Below are positions 26,499 to 40,945 of a DNA stretch of 64,000 nt, piece after piece. Position 1 is the stretch's first letter. Each line of letters starts with the position of its first letter. The position numbers were made by a program, and so were the translations under genes. The notes under the pieces were generated by a model that was given only the letters and a program-made list of their open reading frames with translations, was not told the origin of the DNA and did no database searches. The stretch is from contig NC_043014.1 in NCBI RefSeq assembly GCF_006345805.1, forward strand, positions 50,592,001 to 50,656,000, in the 5' to 3' direction. The stretch comes from Octopus sinensis (lineage: Eukaryota).

Positions 26499-26854
26499 GA
26501 TAGATAGATAGATAGATAGATGATAGATAGATAGATAGATGATAGATAGATAGATAGATGATAGATAGATAGATGATAGATAGATAGATAGATAGATGAT
26601 AGATAGATAGATGATAGATAGATAGATAGATAGATGATAGATAGATAGATAGATAGATGATAGATAGATAGATGATAGATAGATAGATAGATGATAGATA
26701 GATAGATAGATAGACAGAGAGGGAGAGAAAATATAGAGAGTTAGGAAGTGAGAGCGTTAGGTAAAACGGAGACAGGCAGAAGGAGAGTGAGAAGCATAAA
26801 AAAGTGAGTGTATATATATATATATATATGAAGAAAGACAGAGATGGAGAGAGA

Positions 26855-26906
<52 letters not shown>

Positions 26907-26930
26907 CGAGAGGCAGAAAAGACGGAAAGC
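26278..26930. repeat. (GATA)n array with periodic GAT interruptions, followed by (GA)n
   Basis: Direct inspection. Confidence 0.95.
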
Positions 26931-27369
26931 TATGATATTCAGGTAAAATCTAATGTGTGAAAATGTCTGAAGAGAAGAATCTAATTAGTTGAACGAGATA
27001 AGAAAAGAAAAGTAGAGAGAATAAGGTTGTGCGAGATAAAATATTGAGAAATATCGAGTGAGACAAAGAGATATAGAAATTGCGATGGTGAGATAAAGTA
27101 GCAGAGGAGAGGTAGAATATGATCCTGCAGGTAAAATATGGCCGTAATACAGGTACAAGCACAACTTTTATCCTCTGCTTTATTTAGTTGTGGGGTGCGC
27201 TCATGCTGGGGTACCGTTTTGAAAGGTTTAAACGAAAAAAAATGACCCCCAGTATTTGCTTTTGTGTTTTAAAATGAAATGGTACTTATAATAACAAATT
27301 CTTTCACTGAGTTGCTAGGTAACGTGGACGTAAATAATCCAATACCAGGTGTCAAGCGTTGTTATAAGA

Positions 27370-28189
<820 letters not shown>

Positions 28190-28190
<1 letters not shown>

Positions 28191-28345
28191 CCCTCTGTCT
28201 TCCCTTCTCTGGATCTTTCCTTCTCCTATGTTTCCGACGAAGAGCTGCGCTCGAAACGTTAAACTCCCCTTCTTCCCTTCCTTCCTGAGCGTCTAATAAT
28301 ACTATATTTGTCCACGTCCTCGCGTTGTTGTGTTTTTTTGTGCTT
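28190..28345 (+). mobile_element. PLE terminal fragment (second subfamily), oriented toward the (TA)n at 28360-28503
   Basis: Related to the reverse complement of 28505-28670; contains a hammerhead fold. Confidence 0.7.
28230..28264 (+). ncRNA. Minimal type I hammerhead fold (CCGACGA core)
   Basis: GTTT CCGACGA A GAGC-TGC-GCTC GAAAC GT T AAAC; stem I GTTT/AAAC. Confidence 0.7.
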
Positions 28346-28375
28346 TCATGTTTGAATTAACTTTATATATATATA

Positions 28376-28670
<295 letters not shown>

Positions 28671-28677
28671 CGTAAAA

Positions 28678-28870
28678 GGCTCATGGCGTAGTGGTTAGGG
28701 CTTTGCACTCACGATTGTCTGATCGTGGGTTCGATTTCCAGAGCGGGTACTTCATTTCACGTTGCCCTGCGGTCGTTTCGTCAGCGGGCATGTGACACAT
28801 GATGCATCTGTTCAGGTAGTGTCGGTTTGATGGAGGGAGTCAGCTGATGTAATCACAAATATTTGATCAC
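28678..28870 (+). mobile_element. tRNA-derived SINE (family C)
   Basis: GGCTCATGGCGTAGTGGTTAGGGC (A box) ... GTGGGTTCGATTTCC (B box), followed by a non-tRNA body. Confidence 0.65.
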
Positions 28871-28971
28871 TCTAAGCAAATCTTCTGTGTGGTTGTTCGT
28901 TGAGAAATTGCCAATCCTGAGATACCTCGTTTAATACAGGAGAGTCCATAATGTGCGTATATGTGTGTCTG

Positions 28972-29030
<59 letters not shown>

Positions 29031-29057
29031 TAATGCTGAAATGGAGTGGCTGAAATA

Positions 29058-29446
29058 GGCGCAGGAGTGGCTGTGTGGTAAGTAGCTTGCTAACCAACCA
29101 CATGGTTCCGAGTTCAGTCCCTCTGCGTGGCATCTTGGGCAAGTGTCTTCTACTATAACCCCGGGCCGACCAATGCCTTGTGAGTGGATTTGGTAGACGG
29201 AAACTGAAAGAATCCCGTCGTATATATGTATATGTGTGTGTCTGTGTTTGTCTCCACCAAAATTGCTTGACAACCGATGCTGGTGTTTTTATGTCCCCGT
29301 CACTTAGGGGTTCGGCAAAAGAGACCGATAGAATAAGTACTGGGCTTACAAAGAATTAGACCTGGGGTCGATTTGCTCGACTAAAAGGCGGTGCTCCAGC
29401 ATGGCCGCAGTCAAATGACTGAAACAAGTAAAAGAGTAAAGAGTAA
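29058..29446 (+). mobile_element. SINE family A, full length, close to consensus
   Basis: GGCGCAGGAGTGGCTGTGTGGTAAGTAGCTTGC...GGTTCCGAGTTCAGTCCC...GACTGAAACAAGTAAAAGAG. Confidence 0.93.
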
Positions 29447-30479
29447 ATGAACTCCTGCACCTCGTGAATATATATGTCGAGGTAGAGTATCACTTCCTAG
29501 TCTACGTCTTGAAAACTTGATGTAGTTAAGCATTTAATCTTTGATAACATAATGAGATTATGTGAATCCCCGGAACAGCGGTTTTGTATTTGTGTGAAAT
29601 GGCGCTGTGAACACCCACTGCAAAAGATTCAATTATCCACAACGGCGAAATATACGTAGGGAAGAAATGACAGTGATACCTTGCTACGCTTTGGCATAGA
29701 ACTCGAAACTATATGGTCGAGAATCGAACATCTTATTACACAGCCATTTTTATGCTGAATATTCTCAATTTGACATTTCTTTTTTCCTTTTTTGTAAGAG
29801 AAGAAATAATTTTTGAAGATTGAATTTGAGACGGTTTTCAAAATAGTTTCAATTTCTTTAGCAAATATTTTATCTGGCATTTATACTGCTTCATAAAATT
29901 AGAAAAGTTTGCCTTCATTATCGTTTTTATGTTAAAATATTTCTTTACATTTAATTCACGTCATTTCATTAACTTCATCTCAATTATGAGTACCATAGAA
30001 ATAAGACTATTTAATCTGGTCCTATACTTAATTTTAAAAACATTCTAGTGAATTAATACGAATTAATTAACATTATTCACTTTGTACAATTTTCAACGTC
30101 TTTGAATAAGTAATATAGTAATGTATCAATCATGAAAATGTCTATAACGTTACACTCTATCCGGTAGTGAGGTTCCAGCTAAGGCGCCCTGGAGATGTGG
30201 GAATCGAGGAGTCATTCCTTTATTTCCATTTCTCTCAAGTCCGTCCTGAACCGCAACGCTATTACCTGTAGGGACCCATCTCTAGATCAGTTACATTTCT
30301 CAAGGGTAGAGCAGGCACGCGCAATTCCATACACACTAACAATGTACACGTAATAATCAGCGTAATTCTCTCTGCAAATTAATTACGATATGTTTCGTTT
30401 TTGTTTTGTTTTTTTTTCTTTCAGATTTCCTAAGGCGGATTATATGCTAATACAAGATATGTAAAGTCCCGCAAACACT

Positions 30480-31100
30480 GTTACCCCATGCGCAGAACAG
30501 CGATGTAGAAATTGTCAACTTTCTAAATGTTGTAAGATCTTTTGTGCACAAAGTCGGAATGAAATTGGGAGCCTGTAGCGAGAATAATTCGAATGTACAT
30601 AAGTATATACAATGAAATTCTAAACATTTCGATATTCTAACGTCACTGCAATTCATCCGATGGTTTCATAACATTATCGATGATAATATCGGAAAATCAA
30701 AGATTGCAATCGCCAAAGAACTTCAGGTATGTGGATGGACTATCATAAATGAAGTGCACAAGGATATTGGATACAAGTCGTAGCTACTCAGGAGAGGCTA
30801 ATTCATGTATGCAGAGACATATGGAAACCGTTTGATCCATGCCAAGTGGTCGCTTAGCAAGTTTTAAAAATTCTCACGATTACAACATATTTGGTTCTTT
30901 CTATCAGAAGACGAACATTCGACTAAGACAAACATTGTAACAAGTGAAGTGACAGGTGTTTATGTTGAAATACATCTGATGCCTGTAGAATAATGTGAAG
31001 TAAGTTTCCAGCAACGGGGATCGCATTTACGAGATGATAGTGTAACGAAGATCATGTCACATCCCTCAAGGCACCCAAACTGACCTTTGGTGATACTCTT
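30480..31100 (+). mobile_element. Decayed DD37D (maT-like) transposase, N-terminal to middle part
   Basis: IIDDNIGKSKIAIAKELQVCGWTIINEVHKDIGYKS*LLRRG*FMYAETYGNRLIHAK...IWFF fits IIDDNPGKSMRAIAKEL...VHEDIRYKSY..RRGQ...WFFSDEK. The 5' boundary is approximate. Confidence 0.8.
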
Positions 31101-31155
31101 AGAGTGAGGAACTTTTCAGCATCCTCTCGCATATGTGTTTGTGTATGTGTATGTA

Positions 31156-31515
31156 TCTCTCTCTATATAAACGGCAGTTTGTCTGTGTGTCTGTTAGGTT
31201 GTACCCTCACCCTGACCACGGCTTTCAACCGATTCTGATGAAACTTGACACACACATAGCCCAATGTCATAATTCAAAACTAACGCAGCGAAAATTTTGA
31301 AAAGTTCCCCCAGTTCTGAAAAAAATCGATAAATTCGACATGGGGTCGAGAATCACAAACACAAACCACAGACTGTCTAAGGGACGCAACTCGACCTTTT
31401 TAACTAAAAAAAAAATTTACCATCATTTTTTTCCCATTTTTTGGCTATAACTCTCTAAAAATGCTTTATAGTTATTTCCCTTACAAACCCGAGCAACGCC
31501 GGGCGATACTGCTAG
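31156..31515 (+). mobile_element. Non-autonomous Helitron (different 5' body, same 3' end as the 12.5 kb and 16.5 kb copies)
   Basis: Ends TTTCCCTTACAAACCCGAGCAACGCCGGGCGATACTGCTAG (CTAG 31512-31515), followed by T. Confidence 0.85.
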
Positions 31516-32764
31516 TATTATATATAGGTGTTTGTCAACTTTAGTAATATATCATACAAAGAACTACAAATGTCGTAAAATTAAACGATTTTCGTTGGCT
31601 CCAAATAAGACGTACGGTTAGTGACGCATAATGAGATGACAGTCAAACGTTATTTTTGAGAGCAGGAAATAAAACGTTCTCTGCGTCTTCAATTTTATAA
31701 GACAGTAGCGTAATGGATTTGTAGGAGAAACTTGGCTGCAGATTGTATAATGTTCTAGTGACGTTAATTTACTAAGCTGGAGACACTCATGTCAACAGCG
31801 AATGGTACTTCGGATGAGGTGGAAGAAACTATCATCTCGTTCATTGAATAAATGAAATAAAGCGAAATAAAACGAATACTACTTAAATCCATGAATTACT
31901 AATCAGAAATGAAGATTAAAAGAATTCTAATCTGGATTACCTTTCAATTTTAATTAAAGAATTAAATTTTTGGAATTAATCAACCAAATTTGTTTAATGT
32001 TATATCAGAAAACCAATGCAGTTTCTAAATTTTTTTTTTTTTTTACGAAAACGAAATAAATCAAACTTTATTCGTTTGGTTTTGTTTTAGTTTATTAATT
32101 TATTTATGTTTTTATTTATTTGTTTGCTTGTTTGTTTGTTTGTTTGTTTTCTCTTGAGTTTGACTTTGTCGATTTGATCTCTATTGGGAATTGAGTTACG
32201 TAAACTTGAGCAGCCAGCGCCGGAACTTCTATGCAGCCGTACTCATTCTGCTAGAAAGACCAGTTCAAGAGTCAATGTGCCACACGCTGTCGTACAATAA
32301 AAGTTCACATTTGATACAAACTCTTCAAGAGCGAGATTCTACGCAGTCTCTCCACATGCAAAACATAGCAGTCAAACGCAATCTTGTTTTAAATATCTCA
32401 AAATACCGACTTAAAAACTGAAGGACAAATTGTATAAAAAAGAATCCATCTCTAAAATTATTCATTATCCTCTTTAACATGGGATGTTCTTACTATATAT
32501 TGTAATTCGACTTGCTGGCAACAACAGCCATATATTCCTGAAATTGCGTGTTACTCACAATTGCACCGATTCCCATGGCAATAATTATCATGATCATCTC
32601 TCAGAATATTGCTCATATCTCTGGCTAATATTTTTTTTTCTGTTGATATCCATCGTATTTCGAAACCGAATGGTCTTTCACTGCTTTTACTTTCGTTCTC
32701 TAGACTCAGTTTTCGTCCTCTTGATTAAATAGTATTTTTTAAAAATTCTTTTATCCTTTTAAGG

Positions 32765-32885
32765 GGCTTCAATCGCAGATTTCGACCCCAGGACATTCTC
32801 TTCGTAAGCCTAGTGCTTATTTTATCGGTCAATTTTGCCGAACCGCTGAGTTACGTGGAACAACTTCAGTAGTCAAGCGATGGTT
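32765..32885 (-). mobile_element. SINE family A, 3' fragment
   Basis: gatttcgaccccagga...ttttgccgaaccgctgagttacg. Confidence 0.6.
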
Positions 32886-32899
32886 ATTGGGGTGGGGCA

Positions 32900-33800
32900 G
32901 ATGAAGATCAAACACGACGTCCAGTTGAGTTTGATGATAAGCTACTTGAGGCATTACTTGAAGAAAATCCTGCATTATCAGTTGAAGAATTGGCAATAAA
33001 GCTTAGTTCAAACCATACAACTGTTTATCGTCATCTTCAACAGCTTGGAAAGGTTCCTAAACTTGGAAAATGGGTGCCTCATGAATTGTCCGAAAGCAAC
33101 CGCAAAACCCGAGTTGACATCTGCTTTGTTCCATTCTCACGAACTTCTTTCACACCTTTTGAATGGACTTATGACTGGTGACGAAAAATGGATCTTCTAT
33201 AGAAATGTTAAACGTCGCAAACAGTGCCTTGGTACTAGGGAAAAGGCTCAACCACAACCGAGACGGGAACTTCATGGAAAAAAATGTTCTCTCAATCTGG
33301 TGGTATTGCAAAGGAGTAATTCACTTTCAATTATTACCTCCTAATGGAACAATCAATGTTCAAGTCTACTGTCAGCAATTAGAGCGGTTGAACCAAGCTT
33401 TGAAGAAAAAAAGACCCGCTTTAGTGAATCGAAAAGGAGTGATGTTTCATCAGAACAATGCGCGATCCCACACTGAAAAGATCACATCACAGAAGATCGA
33501 AGAGCTTGGTTGGGAAAAAATTTTCATCCACCTTATTCTGCCGACCTTGCTCCTTCATGCTAGCAATTGTTTCGTAGTTTATAGAATCATTTGGGGGACA
33601 TAACTTTGGCAAGCCAGGAGGAGGTCGAAACTGATATTTCAGAGTCCTTTGCTTTGAAACCAAAAGAGTTTTACATTGATGGTATTAAAAAGCTTGTAAA
33701 TAGATGGAAGGAAGTCATAGAAAATCAGGGAAACTACATTGATGATTAAATTTCAATTAAATATAACATTTGATCACTTGTTTTCTCTATTCAAAATTCG
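32900..33800 (+). mobile_element. Mariner (DD34D) transposase pseudogene, most of the ORF
   Basis: LGKVPKLGKWVPHELSE, LMTGDEKWIFY, KGVIHFQLLP, FHQNNARSH and decayed HPPYSADLAPS across frameshifts; ends NQGNYIDD* at 33749. Confidence 0.93.
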
Positions 33801-33954
33801 TATTTAATGGAAAACACTTGCCCAAGTTGCGACGCAGTGGAGCTATGAGGTTTGGAAGCGATCTTGTTAACCCACGGCAACCCCTGCGCCCGAGAGTGTA
33901 CATCTGTACAATTTCACGAAGTGTGATCAAAATTCCGAATTTCGTCTCAAACAT

Positions 33955-34170
33955 TAATACTGATTTCAAATTTTGACGCTGGGCCAGCAATGTTGTGGTG
34001 GGATAAATTGATTACATTGACCACAGCGCTCAAGTAGTATCTATTATTTCGACCCCGTGAGGACGTACGGCAAAGTCGACCTCGGCTGATTTTGAAGTTA
34101 GAATGTAAAGACGGACAAAATACCAGCAAGCTTTTTTCCCACAGAGTGCTAACGATTCCAACCGCTCGCT
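33955..34170 (-). mobile_element. SINE family B, diverged
   Basis: gattacattgacc...ggcaaagtcgacctcggc...gctaacgattccaaccgctcgc. Confidence 0.7.
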
Positions 34171-34189
34171 GCTATTTCTTCCATTTTTT

Positions 34190-34460
34190 TTTATCAAGGC
34201 TGAATGCCAGCCTGGCTACCTCCATCCCTCCCGCCTGATCTTCCATTAGTGTTTTTAGATCTTGAGTGTGGCATCCAACATATTCTACAAACTGTTGTAT
34301 ATACATCTTCCATGGTCTTCCAGCCGCTGTGGTCCAATGATTTGGTTTCCACAGCAACACATGACTCACAAGTTCTTCTTTATTTCTCCAGCAGTGGCCA
34401 CCAAACCTCAATCTCCGCTCTGGCATGATTGACGAGAATGTTGGTTCATTTCCATATAGC
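34190..34460 (-). mobile_element. RTE-clade LINE 3' fragment
   Basis: ERRLRFGGHCWRNKEELVSHVLLWKPNH...GRPWKMYIQQFVEYVGCHTQDLKTLMEDQ. Confidence 0.8.
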
Positions 34461-35538
34461 AGCGCCGATTACTCGCTGCCTTAGTAAGACAATAATATCG
34501 ATTTCAAATGCCTCCAATAATTTTGTCCGCATATTGATGATTGTGCTCTCTTGTCACCTTAGCAACACAATAATATTAACAAGATTATTCTCGGTTTTCA
34601 CATAAGGTTTGTTTTCTTGAACAATGTCAAACCGTTTCTGCTCTCCAGAGATTAATAACTTATAAGAACACACGCACACTCTCACACATCGGCACATACA
34701 CTCTACACACAGACACGCACACACTCACACACGCACGCAAACACTCACACACACACACATAAACACATACATGTACACACATATATACACACCACGGATA
34801 CACCGCGCTACAATTGTGCTAAATTAAATGAAACATGTTTATGGTTCAAATATGATTTGTTCACAAAATGAATGCGATAAAAATGAAATAAAACATTTTC
34901 GGTTTCTTTTTATTAACATTGATAATTAATTTACGGTGCGCTAATTTAAATAATCACATGTTATGTTTTAATCGCACTAGACATAAAAATACAGGAATTC
35001 CATAGCATTCTATTGTCAGAGAAGTTTGTGTTGTGTTTAAAATTGTTGTTTACGAACAAAGGACGATAGTCGTAAAAAATATTGAGGAGCATTTTGAACC
35101 GGCAATAATTATAGAAAAACCATTTACGAATTCAATATCTGGGCCTCATACGGAAGCATAACCAACATTTCTATTCTTCCAGCATTTAGCACAATTCCTT
35201 GTTCAGATTATCTCTACAGGTTTTCTACAGAAATTATAGCTAACCCTGATTTTTGTTACGTTTCGAATCCGAGACGATTCATGTAAATAGTAACAATGGT
35301 TAATGGGTTAATGGTTGTATATGCCATATTTCAGGCGTTCTTGCTCCTTCATCAAAACCACGTCCAAACCATTAATCGTCCATTAACTCATTGCTTAAAC
35401 AGCCACTAAATATAGCGGTGTAGCTTTACCGAATATACCAATTTTACATATTAAACACATTCCTGGAAGCTGTTACATAAATACTAGTGATTTGTAGGTA
35501 CGTGGTATTTCGTTATGCAATCAAAATATACTATAAAG

Positions 35539-36110
35539 TATTGAGCTGTCGGGAAAGTTTGTGCCGATTTTTAAAGGAAAGAAAAAGGTCAATAAATACT
35601 TGCCATTACATTTTTAATCAACCAAATATGAACCATTTTGTTGCACAATGCCTCTCCATCTTTCCTTTAACTTGAAAATACCCTCTTCCCAGAACTGAGG
35701 TGGTTTCATGGCAAAGAATTCATCAAGTTATCTTTTTTACGTCATCAAAGGAATTGAAATTTTTTACCATTAAGACTATTCTGCAGAGACCTGAATAAGT
35801 GGAAATCCGAAGGAGCAATATCTGGTGAATATGGAGGGTGGGGTAACATATCCCAGCCGAGCTGCAGCAATTTTTGTCTGGTACCCAAAGCATCTAGTGC
35901 TGAAAATGAACCTTCTTATCTTCCATTTTAAAGGGTCAAAAAATTAACACAGGTTATAGGAGTATAAACCCTTTTCCACGAAAAGATAGCTTAAATTGTG
36001 CTCTAAATGGCGGTGTAGTCAAATCCTATTTTATGGACACAACCATGTTCTAAAATAAGTCGAAAGTAAAACTACGATAGATCGGCACGAACTTTCCGGA
36101 CAACCCAATA
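35539..36110 (-). mobile_element. Internally deleted mariner with both TIRs
   Basis: TIRs TATTGAGCTGTCGGGAAAGTTTGTGCCGAT / ATCGGCACGAACTTTCCGGACAACCCAATA with TA ends; MEDKKVHF (ATG at 35926) fused to LGTRQKLLQLGWDMLPHPPYSPDIAPSDFHLFRSLQNSLNG...QNGSYLVD*. Confidence 0.92.
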
Positions 36111-36784
36111 AATTAAACGTTTTCATGGGTCAATACTGTATTCTTTCGTGTTAGCAGTGCTATACACGACTTCCTTAGGTTATATGTATAGAGTTTCAAT
36201 AAAAATTATCGTCAGCACTGATCTATAACAATCTTCTACATATTAATGTGAACTTGGATTTAAAAATGAAGGCTCAGATTTTGTTAAAAATGATTTTGTC
36301 ATTCCTGTGTTAAACATAATGTTTCCACCTGTCTTAATATGCATGGAATTATATTTATAACTGTTGAAGCCAGTGAGAGATGTTTTATTGAATTTTGCAT
36401 TCATAAGGTGTTCGTGCATTTTCTTTTATTATTCTCAGATATATGCCTCGTAACATCCAAGAAGAAAACATCGCTCGTTTCTTTCAGTTTTTGTTTTTTT
36501 CTTTTATTCCGGGTTCAATACATAAAGACACTGTGACATATACTCGGAATCAGAAAGTCATGTCATCGCCGGTACAATCACTGAACAGCATCAATCAGAA
36601 TGATGTCAAGAAAGTGTTATTATACGGTGAGAACGTGAGCAGAGAAAGAAAATGGTGAGAATTGGCGTCAAGGAATGTAATCTTGTCTGATCGATAATCC
36701 AAGTCTTGACAAAAAGAAAGGACCCACAGCGAGGCAAAGGCACAAACGGAGAAAACAGAATGGTGATAAACCAACATTAGGGAC

Positions 36785-37097
36785 ATATTCAAGCGTCATC
36801 CAACCAAAGTAGAAATATATGGGAAACTACAACCTGTATCCTCTCCTGTGAAAGGTAGAAGAGTCCAGTTTGCTGGACGTTGTTGTAGAGCTGAAAACGA
36901 GGTAATTTCTACTCTTCTCCTCTGGAAGCCATCTGCTCGTGATACCAGAGGGCGCACAATCTCCCACCCTGATGTAATCCCCAGGGATACAGGCATCCAG
37001 CAACAGGACCTCCGTAATGCTATGATGGACCGTGAAGTCTGGCGTAGCATGGTAAATTCCATTGTCTCACCACGGTCGAGCAATGATGATGATGATG
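36785..37097 (+). mobile_element. RTE-clade LINE 3' end with a (GAT)n tail
   Basis: HPTKVEIYGKLQPVSS..KGRRVQFAGRCCRAENEVISTLLLWKPS...GRT...DVIPRDTG...DLRNAMMDREVWRSMV, then gatgatgatgatg. Confidence 0.85.
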
Positions 37098-37476
37098 CTG
37101 GCAGAATCGTTAGCATGCCGTGAAAAAAATTGTTAGGGACAATACATCTGAACTTCGTTTTGAGTTTAAAAGGACTACTTTAGCTTTCATTCTTTCAGTT
37201 TTGATACAAAAAATGTATCAGTTAAGCAATGGAGTCAATGAAAACGACTTAGCCGCTTCCCAAAACTTTATGGCCTTGTGCCAAATGTTCCAATTGATAT
37301 TAGGTATACATTTTTCTGAAGTTTAAAAGAATGATGCATCTGTTCACTATGAATTACTTGTGTATGCCTTGGGAAGTATACCGGTTCCTGTCCAGTTGGA
37401 AATTATTTTTCCAAATCACACTTAGTTAACGAATAAATCTCTACTTTTTCTAGCAAGTGGTTAAAACATCTGAGAA

Positions 37477-37676
37477 GGCGTAGGAGTGGTTGTGTGGTAA
37501 TTAGCTTGCTTACCAACCACATGGTTCCGGGTTCAGTCCCAATGCGTGGCACCTTGAGCAAGTGTCTTCTACTATAGCCTCGGGCCGACCAAAGCCTTGT
37601 GAGTGGATTTGGTAGACTGAAAGAAGCTCGTCGTATATGTATATATATATATATATATAATATATATATATATATG

Positions 37677-37726
<50 letters not shown>

Positions 37727-37949
37727 TGTGTGTCTGTGTGCGTGTATTTGTGTGTCTGTGTTTGTTCCCCAACTTCGCTTGACAAAAGATGGTGATGTGT
37801 TTACGTCCCCGCAACTTAGCGGTTCTGCAAAAGAGACCGATAGAATAAGTACTCGGCTTCCAAAGAATAAGTACTGGGGTGGGGGATTTGTTCGACTAAA
37901 GGCGGTGCTCCAGCATGACCACAGTCAAATGATTCAAACAAGTAAAAGA
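37477..37949 (+). mobile_element. SINE family A, full length, expanded internal (TA)n(TG)n
   Basis: Matches the family consensus. Confidence 0.92.
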
Positions 37950-37999
37950 GAACCCTCGGTCTTTCGAATGTATATACATTTATACGACTCCGTGTCTTG

Positions 38000-38560
38000 G
38001 TTTTGTTGCCGGTGTTATTGCTGCTGATTTAGTTTGATTTATTGTAATTGCTGTTGTTTTTGGTGTTTAGACAAGTTCCATTTTGATTGAGCAATCATTT
38101 TGACTAAAGCTTCCCACCCATGACATGCTGCTTTTCTTCTAGTATTTCCCTAGTGCTTTTTTGAGCCGGCAGTGTACTCTATGAGGAATATCTCACAGCT
38201 TTTACTTGAAGGTTGGCCGAACATATAGAATCTGTCATAGTGGTTCGCCAACGAACATTTTCCATTTCACGGTCACTCTTGCGTGGATCAGATTAATTGT
38301 TTGGAATCTCACCAGCCAATTAACTGCTTCAAATTTTTACAGCGGATTGAACAAATTTACAATCAACGCTTTCCTCTTCGGTTACCATTATTCAGTGTGC
38401 TTTTCTCGGTTAAATGTTTATGGGGAATCTTATGCAGTAGATGTTCTTACTATTTCTACCGGCGTGAGTTTTGGGGTCTGCAGTACATGTTTTTTTGTGC
38501 GGTCCGGGGTCTGGAAACGGAAGGACCACCGCGGGTGGCACACACTCTAGCTACGTTAGT
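38000..38560 (-). pseudogene. Possible decayed LINE ORF1 (gag-like) remnant
   Basis: Coding-like composition with many stops; FYMFGQPSSKSC could be a decayed CxxCGxxGHxxxxC knuckle. Weak. Confidence 0.25.
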
Positions 38561-39402
38561 ACCTACAGGCCATACTCCATCGGTTCATCACCACCGTGTA
38601 AACATGAATGTCGCTTCAAATTATACAAAGCACTGTTTAAGAAGTAATTTTATGTGTCAGGTGAGACGTAATTGAACAAACCTATGATGAAATTCATTGC
38701 AAATATAACCAACTAGACATCCCTTCAGGTGTAATTCATCTTGAACAACACAATCCATGGGGTTGGGTTTTTAGTCTGTAAGATAGAATTTGAGGCAGAT
38801 CAATCTGCTATGTTCAATAATTCGACAGGCTTCGTAGAGTGCCCAACTTCCTCTCGTGTAAATCCGAAACGCTCCTTCAAATTTAACAAATTTTTAAATG
38901 CTTAAATTTTAAAACCGGAATTTTTAATCAAGCAATTTTCAAAACCAAAAATTAATGACCGCATGAAAATATTGATTAGAAAGTTTTATTGTTCGAATAT
39001 AAATAAGGGAGTAATTCATCACCTCATTGCTCTGTGCCTTTCTGGCGTATATCATAACGGCTTAGATTTAATGTACCGTCGTAAATTCTTAATATCATTA
39101 CATGGCTAGGGACTTTAAAGAGGAGAAAGCGTAATCTGTTATATTTGCAACTTTCATCTGCATATTTGTGGCTTTGACAAACCTGTAGGAATTAAAAAAT
39201 CAAAATAACCCCTGTAAAGATGTTCGCAATTAAAAGGTAAATTAGAAAGAAAGTGTCGAAAGCACAAATAAAAAAAAACCTAATTGAATATTTCTGGAAA
39301 TAATTAATACACATCTATCTAATTAAATTCAGTTTCAACAGCGGGAGGAAAGGTGTTTTAATTCAATATGAATATATCTTTAAAATATAGAATATATATA
39401 TG

Positions 39403-39461
<59 letters not shown>

Positions 39462-39651
39462 TTTAGTTACTCTACAGGTAGAAGATATAGCTACTTAAAA
39501 ATCAGTATAATCTTTATGTAAAATTCAAATAGGGGATTGTGACGAGCTCAGGTTTAAACATACTTTGATAGAGGCAATTTTCTTTTGTTTTGTTTGTTTA
39601 AAGATGGATCAGAACAAAAACAAACGGATAAAGAACCCGAAAAAGGAAGAC

Positions 39652-39714
39652 TTACTGTGCTGCTTCTTTTACTTTTCGTATTTTCCAGTGGTGTTCTCTG
39701 TCTATTATTTTAAC
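39652..39714 (-). mobile_element. Short PLE GIY-YIG C-terminal remnant
   Basis: VKIIDREHHWKIRKVKEAAQ*, the same motif as at 41095-41340. Confidence 0.7.
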
Positions 39715-40269
39715 ACCAGCTCTGCTTACAAAAAGTGGCCCACTTTTATCTCCAAATCCTTCATTTGAATAACACCACGTAGCTAAATGCAAATTGGGAG
39801 AACTGGGAGAGATATAAATGTTTGAAGTTGAGGGAGAAGCGACGATATCAAATTTCATTGAGGGAGTTTTACCAGAGTTAATCGGAAGCTTCTTTTGGTG
39901 GAATGAAATCTAAATAATTATGGAAGATTTACGGAATAACTGGACACGGGAAAGAGCAAAAAAATTCAGATATACAGCTATATCAGTCGTTTGGGAGCTA
40001 TTGGGAGTTAAGATGGTATTTTCAAGTTGCGTAGTAGGTGCTTTTCACATGTCATTATTTTTGAAAATCTCTGATCTGGCGTTTATATTTATTTCATATT
40101 TGTGAATGCACTTGTGACACATTTTCTTCTCTACATCCTCTCTTCTGTTCTCAGTCTAACGGGATGTAGATCTTCGAGAACAGTCTATTTAATACTATAG
40201 TCTGAAAGATTTTCTTGTAATTGGGAAATATTGTAAAATTCTTTTAATTTATACATCTATAGATGATAG

Positions 40270-40392
40270 AGTTCTATATTTAAGCGATGAGGAATTATTG
40301 ACATTTGTCCTCATCTGTTAACACAGCGTTTCGGCTGATATACCCTGGGGAAATTTCGAACCTTCTCGATGTTGTTGTTGTTGTTGTTGCTA

Positions 40393-40423
<31 letters not shown>

Positions 40424-40901
40424 TATTATTATTACTATTATTATTATTATTGAGTGAGAGAGCAGTGCATGCCATCAAAGTGACACTAGGGTAAAATATA
40501 CGAAGCCCAATATACCCATCATGACTACCCGTCTGATAAAGGTACACCAGGCACATGCATCACAACCATATGTGCGCGACATGGTGATCTCATATCAAGA
40601 TAAACAGCACATGACCTTGCAGGTGGGGCCCAGTTAATTTTCTTCAGGTTGAGTAACCCATCCCGCTCAAAAGGTCCCTGAATAAGGGTTGTTTAAGGAT
40701 GTTGAAAGAACCACCCATGTTTCCAGAGGTGAATTATTCAAACCCCAAAGAATCCCTCTCAACACATGGCTATGATGCTCCCCCACTACTTCTGCTCGTG
40801 ATCAGAGATGCACATATCGTCAGCCACTAAGGGACATGCTCAACTGGTTAAGGTCAAACAACTGACAAGCAAATCTGTGGTATTGAGCAGAATATTTGCT
40901 G

Positions 40902-40945
<44 letters not shown>

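Noticed and set aside
30150-30330. Segment recalling an RTE-associated SINE of other molluscs
   Set aside because: Single decayed copy here; the assignment rests only on memory.
31225-31245. CTGATGAAAC inside the Helitron
   Set aside because: There is no stem II between the two core halves; not a hammerhead.
32190-32260. Minus-strand QNEYGCIEVPALAAQVY, reminiscent of an Ig-domain NxYG motif
   Set aside because: Lacks the upstream YxC context; short chance match.
36490-36785. Coding-like sequence upstream of the RTE tail
   Set aside because: Stops in all frames and no family motif recognised.
38930-39360. TAAT/TAATTA-rich stretch suggesting a homeodomain enhancer (also 35290-35390)
   Set aside because: Such motifs are expected in very AT-rich DNA; needs cross-species conservation data.
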